In this document: positions 25,163 to 38,618 of the stretch, one piece after another | Layout: each line of letters opens with the position of its first letter | Numbering within the stretch: the stretch's first letter is position 1 | Assembly (NCBI GenBank): GCA_020536535.1 | Contig: JAHLWZ010000796.1 | Span: forward strand, 62,001 to 126,000 | DNA: 64,000 bases | Source of the DNA: Pelomyxa schiedti | Taxonomy: Eukaryota > Protista > Evosea | Direction: 5' to 3' | The notes under the pieces: generated by a model | Databases searched by the model: none | Told to the model about the DNA's origin: nothing | Seen by the model: the letters and a program-made list of their open reading frames with translations, nothing else | Position numbers and translations under genes: made by a program

Positions 25163-27929
25163 ATGGCGGCAGCAGCGACGATGGCGGCTGTGAGTTCGGT
25201 GGTGGATCTTGCTCCAACCATTGTAAAATTGATCACTACAGTGAGTGTTTCTTTCTTTTTCATTTTTATTTCTTTTTTGGGGGACTGAAAGATGACAGGT
25301 CTCTACTATGTGTATAACGAGTTCGAAATTGGCTGGATCTTTGTCGACAGTAGTTGATGATTTGCACTCAATGCAATTGTTGGTTGAGCGTTTTTCTGCA
25401 GAATGTCCCGAAGTCCAGTCTATTGTGGAACCCAAAGTATGCATTCAAAGGTGTTAACTTTACCATAGTTCTCACCAACACTCCAAAACATGAACAGTTC
25501 CGTGCATGGGTTTCTGACGCCGAGGCTGTGATTGAATCCCTTGGACCTTCTTGTTGGGTCAAACCCGCAGAAGGAGTTACTGGGGCAATTGGTACAGTTG
25601 TGATGGAAGGAACAGCCTCGGACAAATTCTGGAAAGTATGGGCTGTTCTAACCAGTGAATTTACCAAGCGAAAAATAGCGAGCCTCCATAAACGTGTGAA
25701 GGGTAGTGCCTTTTTTATTTCGACCTTGAATAACAACAAATAGAGTTTCAGACCACCCTTGAAGTCGAAGCCACTATCGATTTAGTTAGAAGCTCTCGGG
25801 CAATTGGTGCACATCTTTCTGGAAAGACATATGCGGACCTAATTCCCAACGTGCGAGCCCGTGAATTGTGGGTCAAATGTGCAAGGGTACCCCTGCAATC
25901 TTGTAGACGCTCAAACTTATTCCCTTTGTGTTTTAGAAAGACGAAATCCGCCTACCACTCTTTATCTTGTTGTTGCAGCGAGAAGTTCCTGGTGCCTCCG
26001 TGACTCAGTGCACTTCCTTGCTGAATTGGGTTAACAGTGGTGAAGAAAGTAATGTTGTAACAGTAGAAAGTTATGTCATTGCCACTCGTGATGTGGATTT
26101 AGTTACAATACTGGAGACTTGGCTAGGTCTATTTCTTTGGTACGGCATTCTTTCTAAACTGGAAATAGAGCACCCTGAACTGGAATCCGTTGAAGCTGTC
26201 ATACCAGTTGCTCAAACGAGAACTCCACCCCTCTCAACTCTATCACAGCCTCAACTACGTGCAAAACTAGAAACAACTCCATCTCACACAGAACCCCCAC
26301 CCTCTCCTCCCACAGATGTGCCAAGGTAATACATTCTTCTCCCCATGACTTGGGCTTATTTTTTACAGCACTGATCCAAGTCCTCCCAGTTATTTGCAAG
26401 TTCTTGAGAGCAAACGAGTTGTATGTGCCTTGCATATTTTTCGATATTCATATTCTCCAGATAACAACTGGGAACGCCATACAACAAGTTTCCTGTGGGG
26501 ATGTGCCCACAATGCACGTTATTAATATGGTAACTTCGACTGCAATACCGTTTTACTTCGAAGTTTATGTAAAGAATGCTGGTTCCACTGAGTACCTAAA
26601 TCATTATTTTTATGTGGATGTAATATCTGTACAGAGACCTCAGCATTGGGGTGGTACCTGCTACAGCAGGGTTTGACCTTGTGACAGATCACCCTGGAAA
26701 AAAACTTGGAATCGGCTACCATTCCCGAACCGGGAGTTCCTTTGTACTAGGAAATACTAACTCTTATGCCGAATCCTGGGCACAAGGGGATGTGATTGGT
26801 TGTGGTTTTGATGTAGAGGCACGTGCAGTTTTTTTCACTAAGAATGGGATATCTCAAGGTAAATCCTTCTCGGTCCTTGGATGAAAATTCACAAACACAG
26901 GTTGGGCGCACCACGTTGGGGAAAATCCAGTCAACTTTTTCCCTGCAATTGGTTTGAACTCTTTGGGGTCCGAAATTGTTCTAAACCTCGGCACTGCCAA
27001 GTTTTTATATGTTCCTGCTTTAAGGAGGACATTCCCCGAGGTTAGTGGAGTTCGGCGCTCTTACTTTGTGACTTTTATGCAGGAAGCCTCTGGTCAATTC
27101 TGTCCCCAAGGGCATGTCCTCTGCACGCTTCAAGAAGCACCTCCGCCCAACATCACTAAATGTAGCTATTGTTCCACCAGCAAATACAAGCCCGTTCAGT
27201 GTTGCTCAGGTACTCCCTTTTGCGGCACTGCCTAAATAACTTTTCTTTTTAGTAATTGGGTGTAATTACGCACTCTGCACTGGATGCACGACACTGCAAC
27301 TGGTACCTCTTTTTTCCCGCTTTTTCCTTTCGGCTCTTACTCTACTCAGAGGAAATGCCCCAAAAATCATTTAATGTTTGCTGCCGGGTTATCCACACTC
27401 AGCAGTGAAGGGTACACCAATTGGAAATGCAATTTATGTGGAAAGCAGGATTCCAGTTTAGTCATGCATTGTGATGTGTGCCACTATGATGTGTGCATGT
27501 CATGCATGAAGGAGGTTCCTTCCCTTCCCCAATTCCAGCAATATTCTGAGTCTCCTAATACAGGAAGCCATGCGAAGGAAGGGTGTCGGGGCTGTTGCCT
27601 ACAAGCTCGTCACTTGGGCTGTTAATCGCTATTTGTAAAAAACCACTTACTGTAAGTGTAAAATCCGCAAACAATCAATCGAATATTTGTTCAAGTATGT
27701 GCATAATGCAACGTAGTGCAATCGCATAAAGATTCCATTCGCGGCCTTGCCTTTCGGAGTTACCATAATAGCACAACGCGGAACTGTTGGTCTTCTGTCA
27801 AAAACAATGGTACCTTCCGGAAGCGGCAGCACCGCCTTCCCTATTGGTGTACTTCGAATGCATCCGTGTGCTCCGACATGGAAATGGGCCACAACCCGCC
27901 GAAAAGGTTGTTTCCGTTCTTTCTTTTAA
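25163..27929 (+). CDS. SPRY (RanBP9-type) domain protein with two ZZ/C1-like zinc fingers, multi-exon
   Basis: SPRY: FYFEVYV..SIGVV..PGKKLGIGYHSRTG..WAQGDVIGCGFD..VFFTKNG..FFPAIGLNS. Zn fingers: CPQGH..CSYC..C..CNYALCTGC and CPKNH..CNLCG..CDVCHYDVCMSC. Confidence 0.78.
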
Positions 27930-28086
27930 CGTGTTCCTTCGGGTAAAACTAACCTATAACAAGCAAACAACCAACAACCAGAACAACGCCTTTGTGATAG
28001 GCCACAAAGACCATTAGTTGACTAAACACAACAAAAAACAAAAGGCTGAAAAGACTCCCACTGAAAACTGTGTTACAATATAATTA

Positions 28087-29100
28087 ATGGAGGAAGTAGT
28101 GTCTGCATACCTTGAGGCTCTTTCTGACACCCAAGTTGCTCGAATTCGACTACAGCGAGCACACCAACACCTTGGCCTTTTGCCTACTAAAACAGAGGCA
28201 ACAGAAGGCTATTGCGTCACCCTCAGAAGTAATTCTCCAGGCGATGACGACGAGGTCCGCGAGGCGCCTCCCACAAGTATTACAGAAAAACCTGCACCCA
28301 CAACAACCATAAAAAAAACAATAACCACAAGGATGAAGTACATGGAGTTCTACGCCACCAGGACCGAGGTGCCGCTGGTAAAGCTCCTTTCGAGACTGTC
28401 ATATCTCCTGCAACCACAGGTTACCAGAGAGGTAATTCTGGCCCACACATGTGCCCTGGTCGATCGCGCCGCGTCGGCGTGGGAAGAAGGCCAGCCGTTT
28501 TTGTTCCTCGACAAGCACACCATGCACAAATCGTGCATCGCAGCGATGTTCATAGCGGCCAAGTTCAGCCTAGAGTCATTCCACGAACACAAGATCACGT
28601 CGTTTGCTCTGGCTGCGGGGCTCAGGCCCACGGAGCTTGTGCACCTGGAGTTCGAGATGCTGCAGCTTCTGCAGTTTGATGCCTGGGTCGACGAGGCCAC
28701 CCTGTCAGAGTACACTGGGATGCTCAACGCGTACTCGCCCCAATCCCATAACCACTGCCTCCCGACCCTCTCTCACTCACATCATTCACTGGCGCTGTGC
28801 AGTGATGGGTCTATGACAACCCCGGCCTCGCTGGAGCCACTGGACGACGGGCTCGAGGAGTCTACTGCTCCAGTGGCAACAGTGAGAAGAGAGGACTGCA
28901 ACGCCACGCCACCAATGCCATTGGCGGCTACTGAGAGAAGAGAAAGAGAAAGAGAGGTCCATGCACAAGGAGGAAGCCACGTGGGCAATCACCCTGTAGT
29001 TGTCTCTTTCACAGCAGAGAACCTGAGCCAAACCACACAAGGCGAGTGGAGTATACCTGCAAGCCTGAGGAGGGTGCATTCCTCCACACCCCACTCCTAG
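28087..29100 (+). CDS. PHO80/cyclin-P-type cyclin, single exon
   Basis: Cyclin box: VPLVKLLSRL..ALVDR..LDKHTMHKSCIAAMFIAAKF..FALAAGLRPTELVHLEFEMLQLLQFDAWVDEATLSEY. Confidence 0.85.
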   Translation: MEEVVSAYLEALSDTQVARIRLQRAHQHLGLLPTKTEATEGYCVTLRSNSPGDDDEVREAPPTSITEKPAPTTTIKKTITTRMKYMEFYATRTEVPLVKLLSRLSYLLQPQVTREVILAHTCALVDRAASAWEEGQPFLFLDKHTMHKSCIAAMFIAAKFSLESFHEHKITSFALAAGLRPTELVHLEFEMLQLLQFDAWVDEATLSEYTGMLNAYSPQSHNHCLPTLSHSHHSLALCSDGSMTTPASLEPLDDGLEESTAPVATVRREDCNATPPMPLAATERREREREVHAQGGSHVGNHPVVVSFTAENLSQTTQGEWSIPASLRRVHSSTPHS

Positions 29101-29299
29101 TACTATTCCTCATCCTCATGGATGACGAAAAGGACAAGGAGTAGAGGCAAAAAAAAACAACAATTGGCTCGCGAGGCACGTGGTACTCTGGGGGCTGGAG
29201 CCAACCACTTTGCCTTGTGTTATTTATTATGTGTAGATAGCCAATCAAAATATTTCTTACTAGTTTTTCTTCTTTTGGGCAAAGCCAAAATAAATAAAT

Positions 29300-30146
29300 T
29301 TAGAAGCAGCTGGCAACAAGGCCACGCCTATAAGTCGGGATTAGAAGAAGCAATTTATTTTGTTGTGGTACTTACACGGCATTTATGGAAGCTGTATCGG
29401 ATGTCCATATTGAGGTGTATGTGCTAATTTTCACTTCACCAGCATACTTCATTCCACTGAAGGTGCAAGTCTTCTTGATTATGTCTATTGCTGGATCACA
29501 TGTAGTTGTGTCAGTGTCCCCACAGGTTGCAATTACACCTATTTTCTTGGCCTTCATCCTACGGTTGTATTTTTGGGGCAAGAAGAAGCTCCAGTTTCCA
29601 TACCTTTCTGCAATTTCATCGTGCCATGCCCAACTTTCATTGTAGAACGCAGTCCAGCGATCCATATAAGATTTCATCTATATATGTCCAAGACATAAAA
29701 CATAAGTAAAAAGAATTTTGCATACAATAACCAACCTGAGCAGTCATTGACCAGAAGTAGACCGGTGTGGCGTGAATGATGATATCCGCCTCCACAATTT
29801 TTGGATAAATGGCATTCATGTCGTCATTAAGAACGCATTTCATGGCGCGCCCAGTAGCACGACAGCCGTGGCAGTCCGTGCAGCTGCCAGTGAAGATGAT
29901 GAGATAAAGGAGGTTTACAGCAAACCCAAAAAGGGCAGACAGGAGACACACCCGCCAATGTGCTTTCCGTGCAAATACACCTTTTCGACCTCGGCACCTC
30001 GTTCTGTTGCTGCGGCAATGGCGCAGTCGGCAAAGAAGTCCCTTTTGAGTGTCTTAATGACTGAAACGAAATGAATCGCCGTAGTTTCCTCATACGTACG
30101 TGCTCTTTCCAACTCGAGGGCTCCCCACAACAACGAGAACTTTCAT
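29300..30146 (-). CDS. Iron-sulfur flavoprotein (Isf)/NADPH-dependent FMN reductase family, multi-exon
   Basis: MKVLVVVGSPRVGKST; [4Fe-4S] motif CTDCHGC-x7-C (CTDCHGCRATGRAMKC); DDMNAIYPKIVEADIIIHATPVYFWSMTAQMKSYMDR. Confidence 0.92.
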
Positions 30147-30261
30147 TTGTTTTTTAATAGTGAAAATATGAGGGGGTTTTCTTTTATTTACGTTAAATTA
30201 GGGTTTCTCTTCAAACGGCGCCATCATAATTACTGCGAAGTAGCTGATTTCTGTTCTGAAA

Positions 30262-33200
30262 TTATTCGTGCAGTGAATTCCTTGTGGGTTTCGCCACGGA
30301 AATTTGGGCAGCAAGGGCCAATAGGGCATCTTGGTACATCTTTTCAGGTACCTCCACCACTTTTTCAGTGACAACAGTGGCTAACTCCTGGGTCTATGTG
30401 TTTGGTTGTTGTAGGTGGTAGAATTATAATGAGTTGGTACACAAAAACCAAACCTTAAGAATTGCTTCATAGAACTTGTTCACTGTTGGGATATTGGAGT
30501 GGATAAACGGGTTGAGGTCCACCATGAACTGCTCCTTGTTGCCAAATTCCATTTGGTTTGCAAGGGCTTGTAGTACTTTGCATACAAGGGTAAGTTCTCG
30601 CCTAAAGGAAGAATCTGGGGGCTCTAAATAGCTGTGAATTTGGTGCTATTTTGTTTTTGTTGTTAACAAAAAAAAACTGAAAAGCAGAACCTTTGAGAAG
30701 GCCGTACTGCTCTGGAATCGCGATAGCTGTGCAGTAAAATCGTAGGAACATGAAAGCACCTATGGCTATGTTTTCACTGCCAGGGAACCTTGCTTTTACT
30801 TCTTTGTGAATATGGCAGCAAATCCTCTGAAGCTCTCTAAAAATACCATTGAGAAAGAAAGGTGCTAAACGAAAGGAAGTATACTCAGGGAGGTGTTGCG
30901 CCGAACGAGTAATCTGTGTTATAAATTTCTGGCTCATAAGTTCAAGCAAGATCGTGTTCAACATTCCATCAGACTCCGCGGCCATTTTTGATGGGTCAAC
31001 TTCCAATTGTGACTCAAATAGTTGGACTGAATCTCCACTCTGAAAAAATATTATTACTTGACTGTCATTCAAATGTACCTGGTCAGAGTCCGTGTTGCTT
31101 TCTCTGTGCTTTTTAAGTTCTGGAGGATCGATGATTCAAATTGAAAATTTTCAAGTTGACCAATAAACCTGCAAATAGAACGGCTAAACTTCTAAAGAGA
31201 TATTCGATGCCAACAATTTTAGAATAAAATTTGAATGCCTAGCCTATGTATGAGTATGGAGTAGACGGGAAAAAGTACCTTAGATGAAGGGCTATTGTTG
31301 CGGAAAAGGGTTGTTTCTGAAGAGGTGTGTCGAATATCTTCAGAGATTAAGTGAAGCATAAGTTCAAGGCCTGTCGCGTATCAGCTGATAGGGAAAAAAT
31401 CGAGTTTTTTCCATACCTCTTCCATGATTGATATATGCATACACCAATGCTTTGCACATATTGTCAGCCATTGTTATATCCATTGTATCAATAATGATAT
31501 CTACCCTCGCAAAAGAAGTCTCCATTTTAACCATCTTCTTTAATTTTAGTATTAGCTTTGGGAAACTTTTCCACCTCTTCTATTTCTGGAATATGCCTCT
31601 CAGCTTCAGCTCTCTCAGAATCCGAAATGCAGGGTAAAGTCACTTTAAGAAGTGAACGTTACAGTTTGACTGGTAAAATGTACCAGGAGTAAATATCAGA
31701 GACTGAAAGTTGGGGATCTCAAATTGACGCCTGCGTTTCCTTAGAAATACAAGTCCTAAAACAAGAATTCCAAGTATAGCACCTAAACATAAAATAGCAA
31801 CACCAACTCCAACTCCAATTGCAACCCCGTGGTTGTCTTGGATGAGCTCAGTGAGACAATTTACTGTTGTTTAAGGCTCACCCTTGGTATCCTCTTCACT
31901 GCTTCCAACAAAAATATTACATGTTGTGCCGTTCCAGCCTGGGAAGCAACGGCAGAATATGAGCGGCTCCTCACATACAGCATGGCTACAGTTAAGAGAA
32001 GCGCAATCATGCGGACGTGTAGTAAAGGCAAACACTGCAGACGTGGCAGAATCATAACCATTGCTTAATAGAACACGCCAATAATATGTTGTGTTCAAAG
32101 TCAACTCTGGATTTTTCTGTTGGATTCTCCTGATATTGGAGGCTACCTTCTATTATAGTGTAGTCAATGCCCGTCGTGAAGGCGGAAAACACAGCAGAGA
32201 CAGGTGAAGTCCAGTTATTTAGGAGGAGTTCTTCCTCAGTATTCATGAAAACGGTGATAGAGGCAAGAGAAAGGGTCTCGGCGCATGGTGCCCCAACCAT
32301 ATCTGATGTAATTGGCATCCACTGGAGGGTGAGTTCTGAACAAGAGTTATAAATTTTATCACGCAAAAGCAAAAACCTAGATTGGTTATATTTGTCGAGT
32401 TATTGGAAGGATAAAGCAGAGTTGTAGCTGTGGGTAATTTACATATCTTAAAGAACTAGGCGAGTTAGGACCATAGCTACAAAAGGATACAATCTTACTA
32501 TTTTTTCGCTAGGTGTTGATTGCCTCTCTCTATTCACAGAAAAAACTTGCCAAAACCATTGCTGCCTCCCAAAGGTTAAATTCCACACCTTTGAAGTAAA
32601 TTGTTAAATACAATCGGCTACTCAATGAATAGTACCGGAATATTGATTAGACCTGTTAAATCTCCACTTAAGCGAACTGTTTCATTGAAATCTTTTTGTC
32701 CATATATGACCTTGTGCAAAGTTAAAAGTTATCTATTTTAGGGTCCCTCGAATACATTATAGTAATTTTCTGGTTCAGGAGACAAGCAAACGTTTCCCCA
32801 ATCACCAGATGAATAAAAACTCATATTAAATGAGCTTTCAGAAATAAAGTCCCCTCGTAAAGGGTATTGGATAGCAACAACACTTGGAAAAGTAGAAATA
32901 CACATCTGTAGTTGTTAGGAAAGAAAACAAAACAGAGACAGACTTACCCAAAAGCTGCTGGTTCTTCCATGTGCTTCCAGGCCTCGCGCATTACGGACTT
33001 TGATATCCCAATACCAATATCCCTGAGACAAACCAGGTACAGAAATGGAGGTTTCTGAGGTTTCAGAGAAAAAGTCGGGAGGCTCGTGTTGGGATAGAGA
33101 AATCCGATAAACCAAATCTGAGGATAGCCCACAAACATTACCAATGTCAGTGGGGGCATTCCAGGAAAGCGTAACAGAAGAGAGTGGGGTATTAAGATCA

Positions 33201-36200
33201 TCTTTTGGGGTCATTTCTGTTACATTACTTGGACCGCTGGGAATACACTTCGTGAAACTGCAACTACTAAGAAAATGTAATAGAAGTTGTTCCTCCAAAC
33301 CTGCTGGTAAGGGAAGATGAATTTTCTGCTCCGTTGAAAACCACCACTCTCCAGTACCACAAGCCCTCAGATAAGGTATCTGGCACTAGCCAAGATGTGG
33401 AAGTAGGTTGCAATATTTTCATCAAAGATGCATCACTGAAGAGAATGCCGAGGTTTGAGGCCATAAATATAAATATTGAGGGTGATCCCTGTTGAGGGCC
33501 GCAAGGAGTTCCCAGAACGGGATCAGCTGTGCGCCATGTAAGAGTAATTGGAGCCACGGCAATAGAGGAAGCGTTTGGCAAAATTAAAACGGGTGTACTT
33601 GTTTGTTTGAGGAATAATTAAGGAAATTACGCAAAGGAACCTTGGAGAGACGGCAATGCACACTTCAAAGGCTCCATTAGTTCTATTGTTTGCATAACTG
33701 CCTAGTATTCCGTTATCTGCTCGTACATTCCAGTTGTATTTCCCAGCTTGGAGTAGTGCAGTATATCTGAAAAATATTTATTGGAGAACAACGCTAGAAT
33801 AAGGTGCCTGGTTTCAGGTACAGTGAACCAATATTCAGTCCGGGGAGACAATAGTAAAATATAAATGAAGTAGGAGGAAGACTCCCCACAGGCGTTTCCA
33901 TTTGCGGTGGTCCATTGGAAGAAGACTGTACCATTGTAGGAGGTTACATCTACAAAATTGGTTAATTCTCATAGGGAAGTTCAGGAAGTTAATGCTACCA
34001 GGGAAATTGATGGAAAGCTGTTCAGCACTAGGAAGGCAGACCGAAAAATTGCTCTTGGCAAAAGCTGATTTATCATCCTTTTTAAGCAGAAGGTACCAAG
34101 AATATGTTTCTCCATCCAGAAAAGAGTAATCTTGAGAGCGCATCACAAAAGTTGATTGCGTTGAAGGCAGGTGTTGCACCAAGTTGAACGACTTCCCTGT
34201 GACATTTAGCACAAATTCCAATTCTTCATTACAGGATTTTCCCCCTTTGCAAGATTGAGAAGGATTAAAAGTTTCTGTGACGTACAAGTTGCATTCCACC
34301 AAAGGGAGACATTCGAGACAAATATTTGAAATGGGGATAGTATTGGTGTAACTGGTGATTCTGGATAACAAAGTGCAAAAGTTCGGCTACTCGATAGAGT
34401 AGTTGCATTTCCATTGAAAGATTCAACCCACCAGGTCCAATTTCCTTCAGCTTCATAGGGAGTTGTGACCTCGGCAGCTTCGTTTCCAAGAACTGAGATA
34501 AACAGTGTGCCGTTGAGGTACACTTGATAGACACCAGGGAAGGAGGAGTTCTTACAGTATGTACCAAAACTATTTATGTTGTAAATGTCTAGCCAATGTG
34601 CTACTTGGAAGAGCGATGGAAAGTTCTACCTTGCTGGCTCCCATTGAAGCAGTGTATTATTACCTCTTATAAGAGCTCCGGGAAGAGGATAAAGAAGAGA
34701 AACGGGCTACATTTCACTCAGAATTGCTTATAAAATTACCAAGAGCTCACCTCAGGAGGACTATTTGTGCAGTCATTACTTACAAATTGTCTAACAGAAG
34801 AACTTGCACGCAGATTTCCATTAAAAGCCTCTACTTTCCATGATAGAGTTCCAGAGAGTGATGTGAGATTATAAGAGTAATAAAGGGCTCCCGTTGTTTG
34901 CCCTATTGGGGCCATGGTTGTGGAGCTGTTTCCTTGGAGAAGGTGAAACATAGGCAGATAGAAAATATGTACCAAGATATATCGTAAAATTAGATACTAA
35001 AGTGGTGCAAGGAATTCCCCAATCACTGATTGTCCACTCAAATGTCACTTCAGGTGTGACAACAGTCGCATGGTTTGCTGGAGTTGAAAGCTCTATCCCG
35101 GAAGGAGCTTCTGGAACGCATACCTCCCAGGAAATATTAACAGTTGTTGCACCTCCGTCTATCAGAAAACTAAGTATGTAGAAAGAGGAAACAAACTTGA
35201 AAGCCCATTGCTTGTGGTTATCCACCAAGAGTATAAACCCGCTTCATTCAAGTTCACTAGGAGAGAAGTAGACGGATGATTCACTGTCGAAGAAACAATA
35301 ATTTTCCCAGATGAACTTGCGACAAATACAGTGTATGTTTTCACTGTGCTAATTGAGGTTAGTATTGTTGATTCTGGGAAATGTGTAAACCTCTCGCATG
35401 CTTGGCCCCAATCCTCAACTGAGTCCCAGAGAAACAGTCTGAATGAATCAGAAGTTGGTTACAAGATATTGTTACCTTGATGATGACGAATTGGAATCAT
35501 TCGAGCATGGAATCATTGAAGATATATTTGGAGTAGATGGCACTGTGCTTTCACATACGAAAAATGTGGCACTTGAAGAGGAACTTGTATAGAATCCATT
35601 GAACGACTATTTTGCATGTGGACAACATGTTGTCATTTGTACAATTACCCCTCCCTCCCCAATGTGGTTGTTTCCTTGGATAAATACTTTGACAAGCCAA
35701 GTGTGATAGCCAGGAGAGACTGTAGTGGTTATCTCTGTTTCAGTACTATTACTGATATTCGTGTCATTTACAAAAAGCTCGAAAAGTTGAGTAGTCACTC
35801 CCGCACACTGAGTACCCCAAGTATTTTGGTATGACCAATCCTTACCCCAAGGTCAACGAACAAGTTTCATAAGAATCGTCCTACCCAGGAAAAAGTGATT
35901 ACAAGTCCAAGATTCAAAAATCTTTGTGTATCTGCTGGCGATACAATGGCGGCGGATGACGGGGCTGCTGCAGTGCATACTATTTTTATTAGAAATAAGA
36001 ATGTAAATTATTAGGCACATACTTGTAAATGTACTGCTCTCTGAAGAAGAAGTGCCCCCGGCGGCAATGGCATCTACATACCATGTATATGTGCCATCAC
36101 TTAGACCTCCTGGTATAATCCAGAAATTCTCGTCTATTGGGTCTGATAAAGTAAGAAGCAGTTATTTTATGAGAAAGTACTTGTGTTCTGTTTATCTGAT

Positions 36201-38144
36201 GTTGATGGGTACCGCCCCAAAGCAAAGAAAATGTTATATTTCCTATTTGATATTCCGCACTCTGACCCCCATGAGACAGGGGCAGTCCAGTTCAGGTATA
36301 CTGGATTTTCACTCCCTATACAGTTGTTGGAATTGTTTAACCATGGAAACTTTACCACAGGGAGTTAAAGACGGTTTCATTGGGGCCGTCACGGTGCAGG
36401 TTGAAAAAGAATACGAAAGGGAACAATTAGTTGTGTCGGATGCCTGAGGAGTAAATCATGCACACAGCAATAAAACTTCACCCCCAATACATACTCCACG
36501 GCGTTTCAAAGCAGTTACAGTCCATGTGTAGTCGGTATTTTCCAGTAAGGATTGTGTGGTTGGTGTCCATGTAAGTGTCGAGCTTTGTGGTTCCGATACA
36601 GTCTTTAGTTAACCATAAGAATATCATTATTTGGGTCTCTTTGGATATACTATGAGTTGATCAACAACACTTGCGCCACCAATAATCTTAATATAATAAT
36701 ACTCAATAGCATCATCACATGTAACACCGAAGCTTGCAGAACTCCAAGAAAAAGTAGGCTTCAGTGTGGTGGTGATGACTTCTCCCTTCTATGAAACGTT
36801 TAAAAAAATATAATTAAGAAAAGTAATGGAAAACCTCAGGAGAAATAAGGGATGGAGCTAGAGGGTACTCCTGAACACACACTTTGCATGTGTCAGATGC
36901 AGAAAAGTTCGATGAATCTCCTTCATAAGGTTACACTACAGATGTGAAGAAAGGGTCTTGCTAGTATTTTGCATGGTCACATTCAAATAATATAGGCCGG
37001 GTTTCACAGTGAAATTACTAGATAGTGTTCTGACCCATTCCCACCAATTACCGCAGCCCGCAGTCTCGAGGGTAGGTTTGGAGATTTACAAATACATTAG
37101 GAGTGACATACAAAATGGAGAGAGGATGTTTGTGAGCCAGTCAAAGTAGTATTGAAAGTAACATCAAAGATAGAACATGAACACTGGGTGTCAACTGTAA
37201 AAATCCACTGGTAGAGAAAACTCTTGGACACAATGACTGGGTAACGGGCAGATACCTGGGTAGGGACTGTGGCACTATGCCCCATTACTACATTGTAAAC
37301 TGCCATGGTATTTGGAGCTGGAACACTGATCCTCAATGTTGCTGTTGTGGTGGGTGCACATAACCATGTTGCTTTATCTTTTTCAGAGGTGAGTTTTAAT
37401 GAGGGAAAAAAATGAGACAACAGTAAAAGCCATAATTTTTCTTCGTGCCTCCTGAATCAGCAGAAACAGAGCAGGTTTCTAATGAAAGGACATGAGTACA
37501 AATTCCAGGTGGGGAGGAAGAAAAAACAAAAAAGCATAAGTGTACTTTGAGTATTGTATGCAAGTGACCCAGCATCAACTGCCCAGCCATTATCCCATAC
37601 AGTGTAAGGTACACTATTGTCATCTCTAAACAAAAAGGAAAATCAGAAAGCTGGAAAACGTGAGGAAAACGCAACCTGGCCTGGTTGCTCCACCACATCC
37701 ATCCCAAACAGTCCCCACTGGGTGTAAATTTAACGGAAAAATTTGGTTGGCCAGTAAACGACGCGTTCAGATTATACGTGTGGGTCCTTTTGGAGATGAT
37801 GAATTTTCGTATAGGATTGTTAGATTTGGGTTGGTGATCTGGGTGGTGGGACAATTTATGAACAACAAATACATCAATGGTAGTGTAGTTGAACAAACCT
37901 TTCGGCCACGTTGAACGTGGGCATCGTGGAGCTGTCAGTAACGGCATTGGAAGATGGACATGATACCACAGTCCAATCACTGACATTGAGTGAATTTGGC
38001 GGTTGGTTTCTTTTTAAGGATGGGGGTTGAAACTGACCAGAAAGTGAGTTTTGTGATGGGATTTGCTGCCCGTGCTAGTGCTCCGAGACAAAGCAGTATT
38101 ATACAGCTGAGAAATGCACACCGTTTTTCGTTGCGTTCTTTCAT
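30262..38144 (-). CDS. Single-pass receptor-like RasGAP: signal peptide, ~13 FN3-like repeats, EGF, TM helix, cytoplasmic RasGAP; many exons
   Basis: Signal CAFLSCIILLCLGALARA; repeated G-x-Y-x-W-x-V-x-x-x-NG strands over 32050-37050; EGF CSHAVCEEPLIFCRCFPGWNGTTC (~31920-31995); TM VAIGVGVGVAILCLGAILGILVLGLVFL-RKRRR (~31730-31830); RasGAP TTLFRNNS, FKFYSKIVG, LEVDP, FMFLRFYCTAI, KVLQALAN..FGNKEQFM. Confidence 0.88.
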
Positions 38145-38618
38145 TTTTTTGTTTTATGGGTTTTTTTTCAAATCACATACATCTACCATAGGGTAAGGTG
38201 CCTATCTTTTTATCTTTTGGGGAGGTGCGTTACTTTCCATCGATTTTTCTGACTTTCTCCGGCGTCACCCGTACACACCCTGCCTTTAACGGGACTTACT
38301 GAAGATTGTTTCCTGGAAACGTCGAGTTGAAATGGATCTTATGCAGCCCGCAATTGCAGGTAGTTGATACTGATGGTTGAGGTCTGAGGAATGCATCATC
38401 ATGCTGGGGAGCGTGACACAACTCACCGCACACAACATGAATATGTTTATGCCTTAACAATACAGCAAAAGAGTCCAGACCACGAAATTAGAGCAAGTTT
38501 TCCCAAGTCTACACGAGTTCCAATTTTCACGGAGTGATTTTTTGCTTTTTTTTTTCTTTTAGTAGTTTTCACCACTACAAGACGGCGAGGGTAACACCAA
38601 AACCAAACCTGTCCCACA

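Noticed and set aside
32050-37050. Periodic pattern considered as a CRISPR array or DNA tandem repeat
   Set aside because: The periodicity exists only at protein level (FN3-like domains); there are no identical nucleotide repeats.
38200-38600. Intergenic region considered for a tRNA or structured ncRNA
   Set aside because: No cloverleaf, A/B box or convincing stem was recognised by eye; it is most simply a divergent promoter. A tRNAscan-SE/Infernal run would be decisive.
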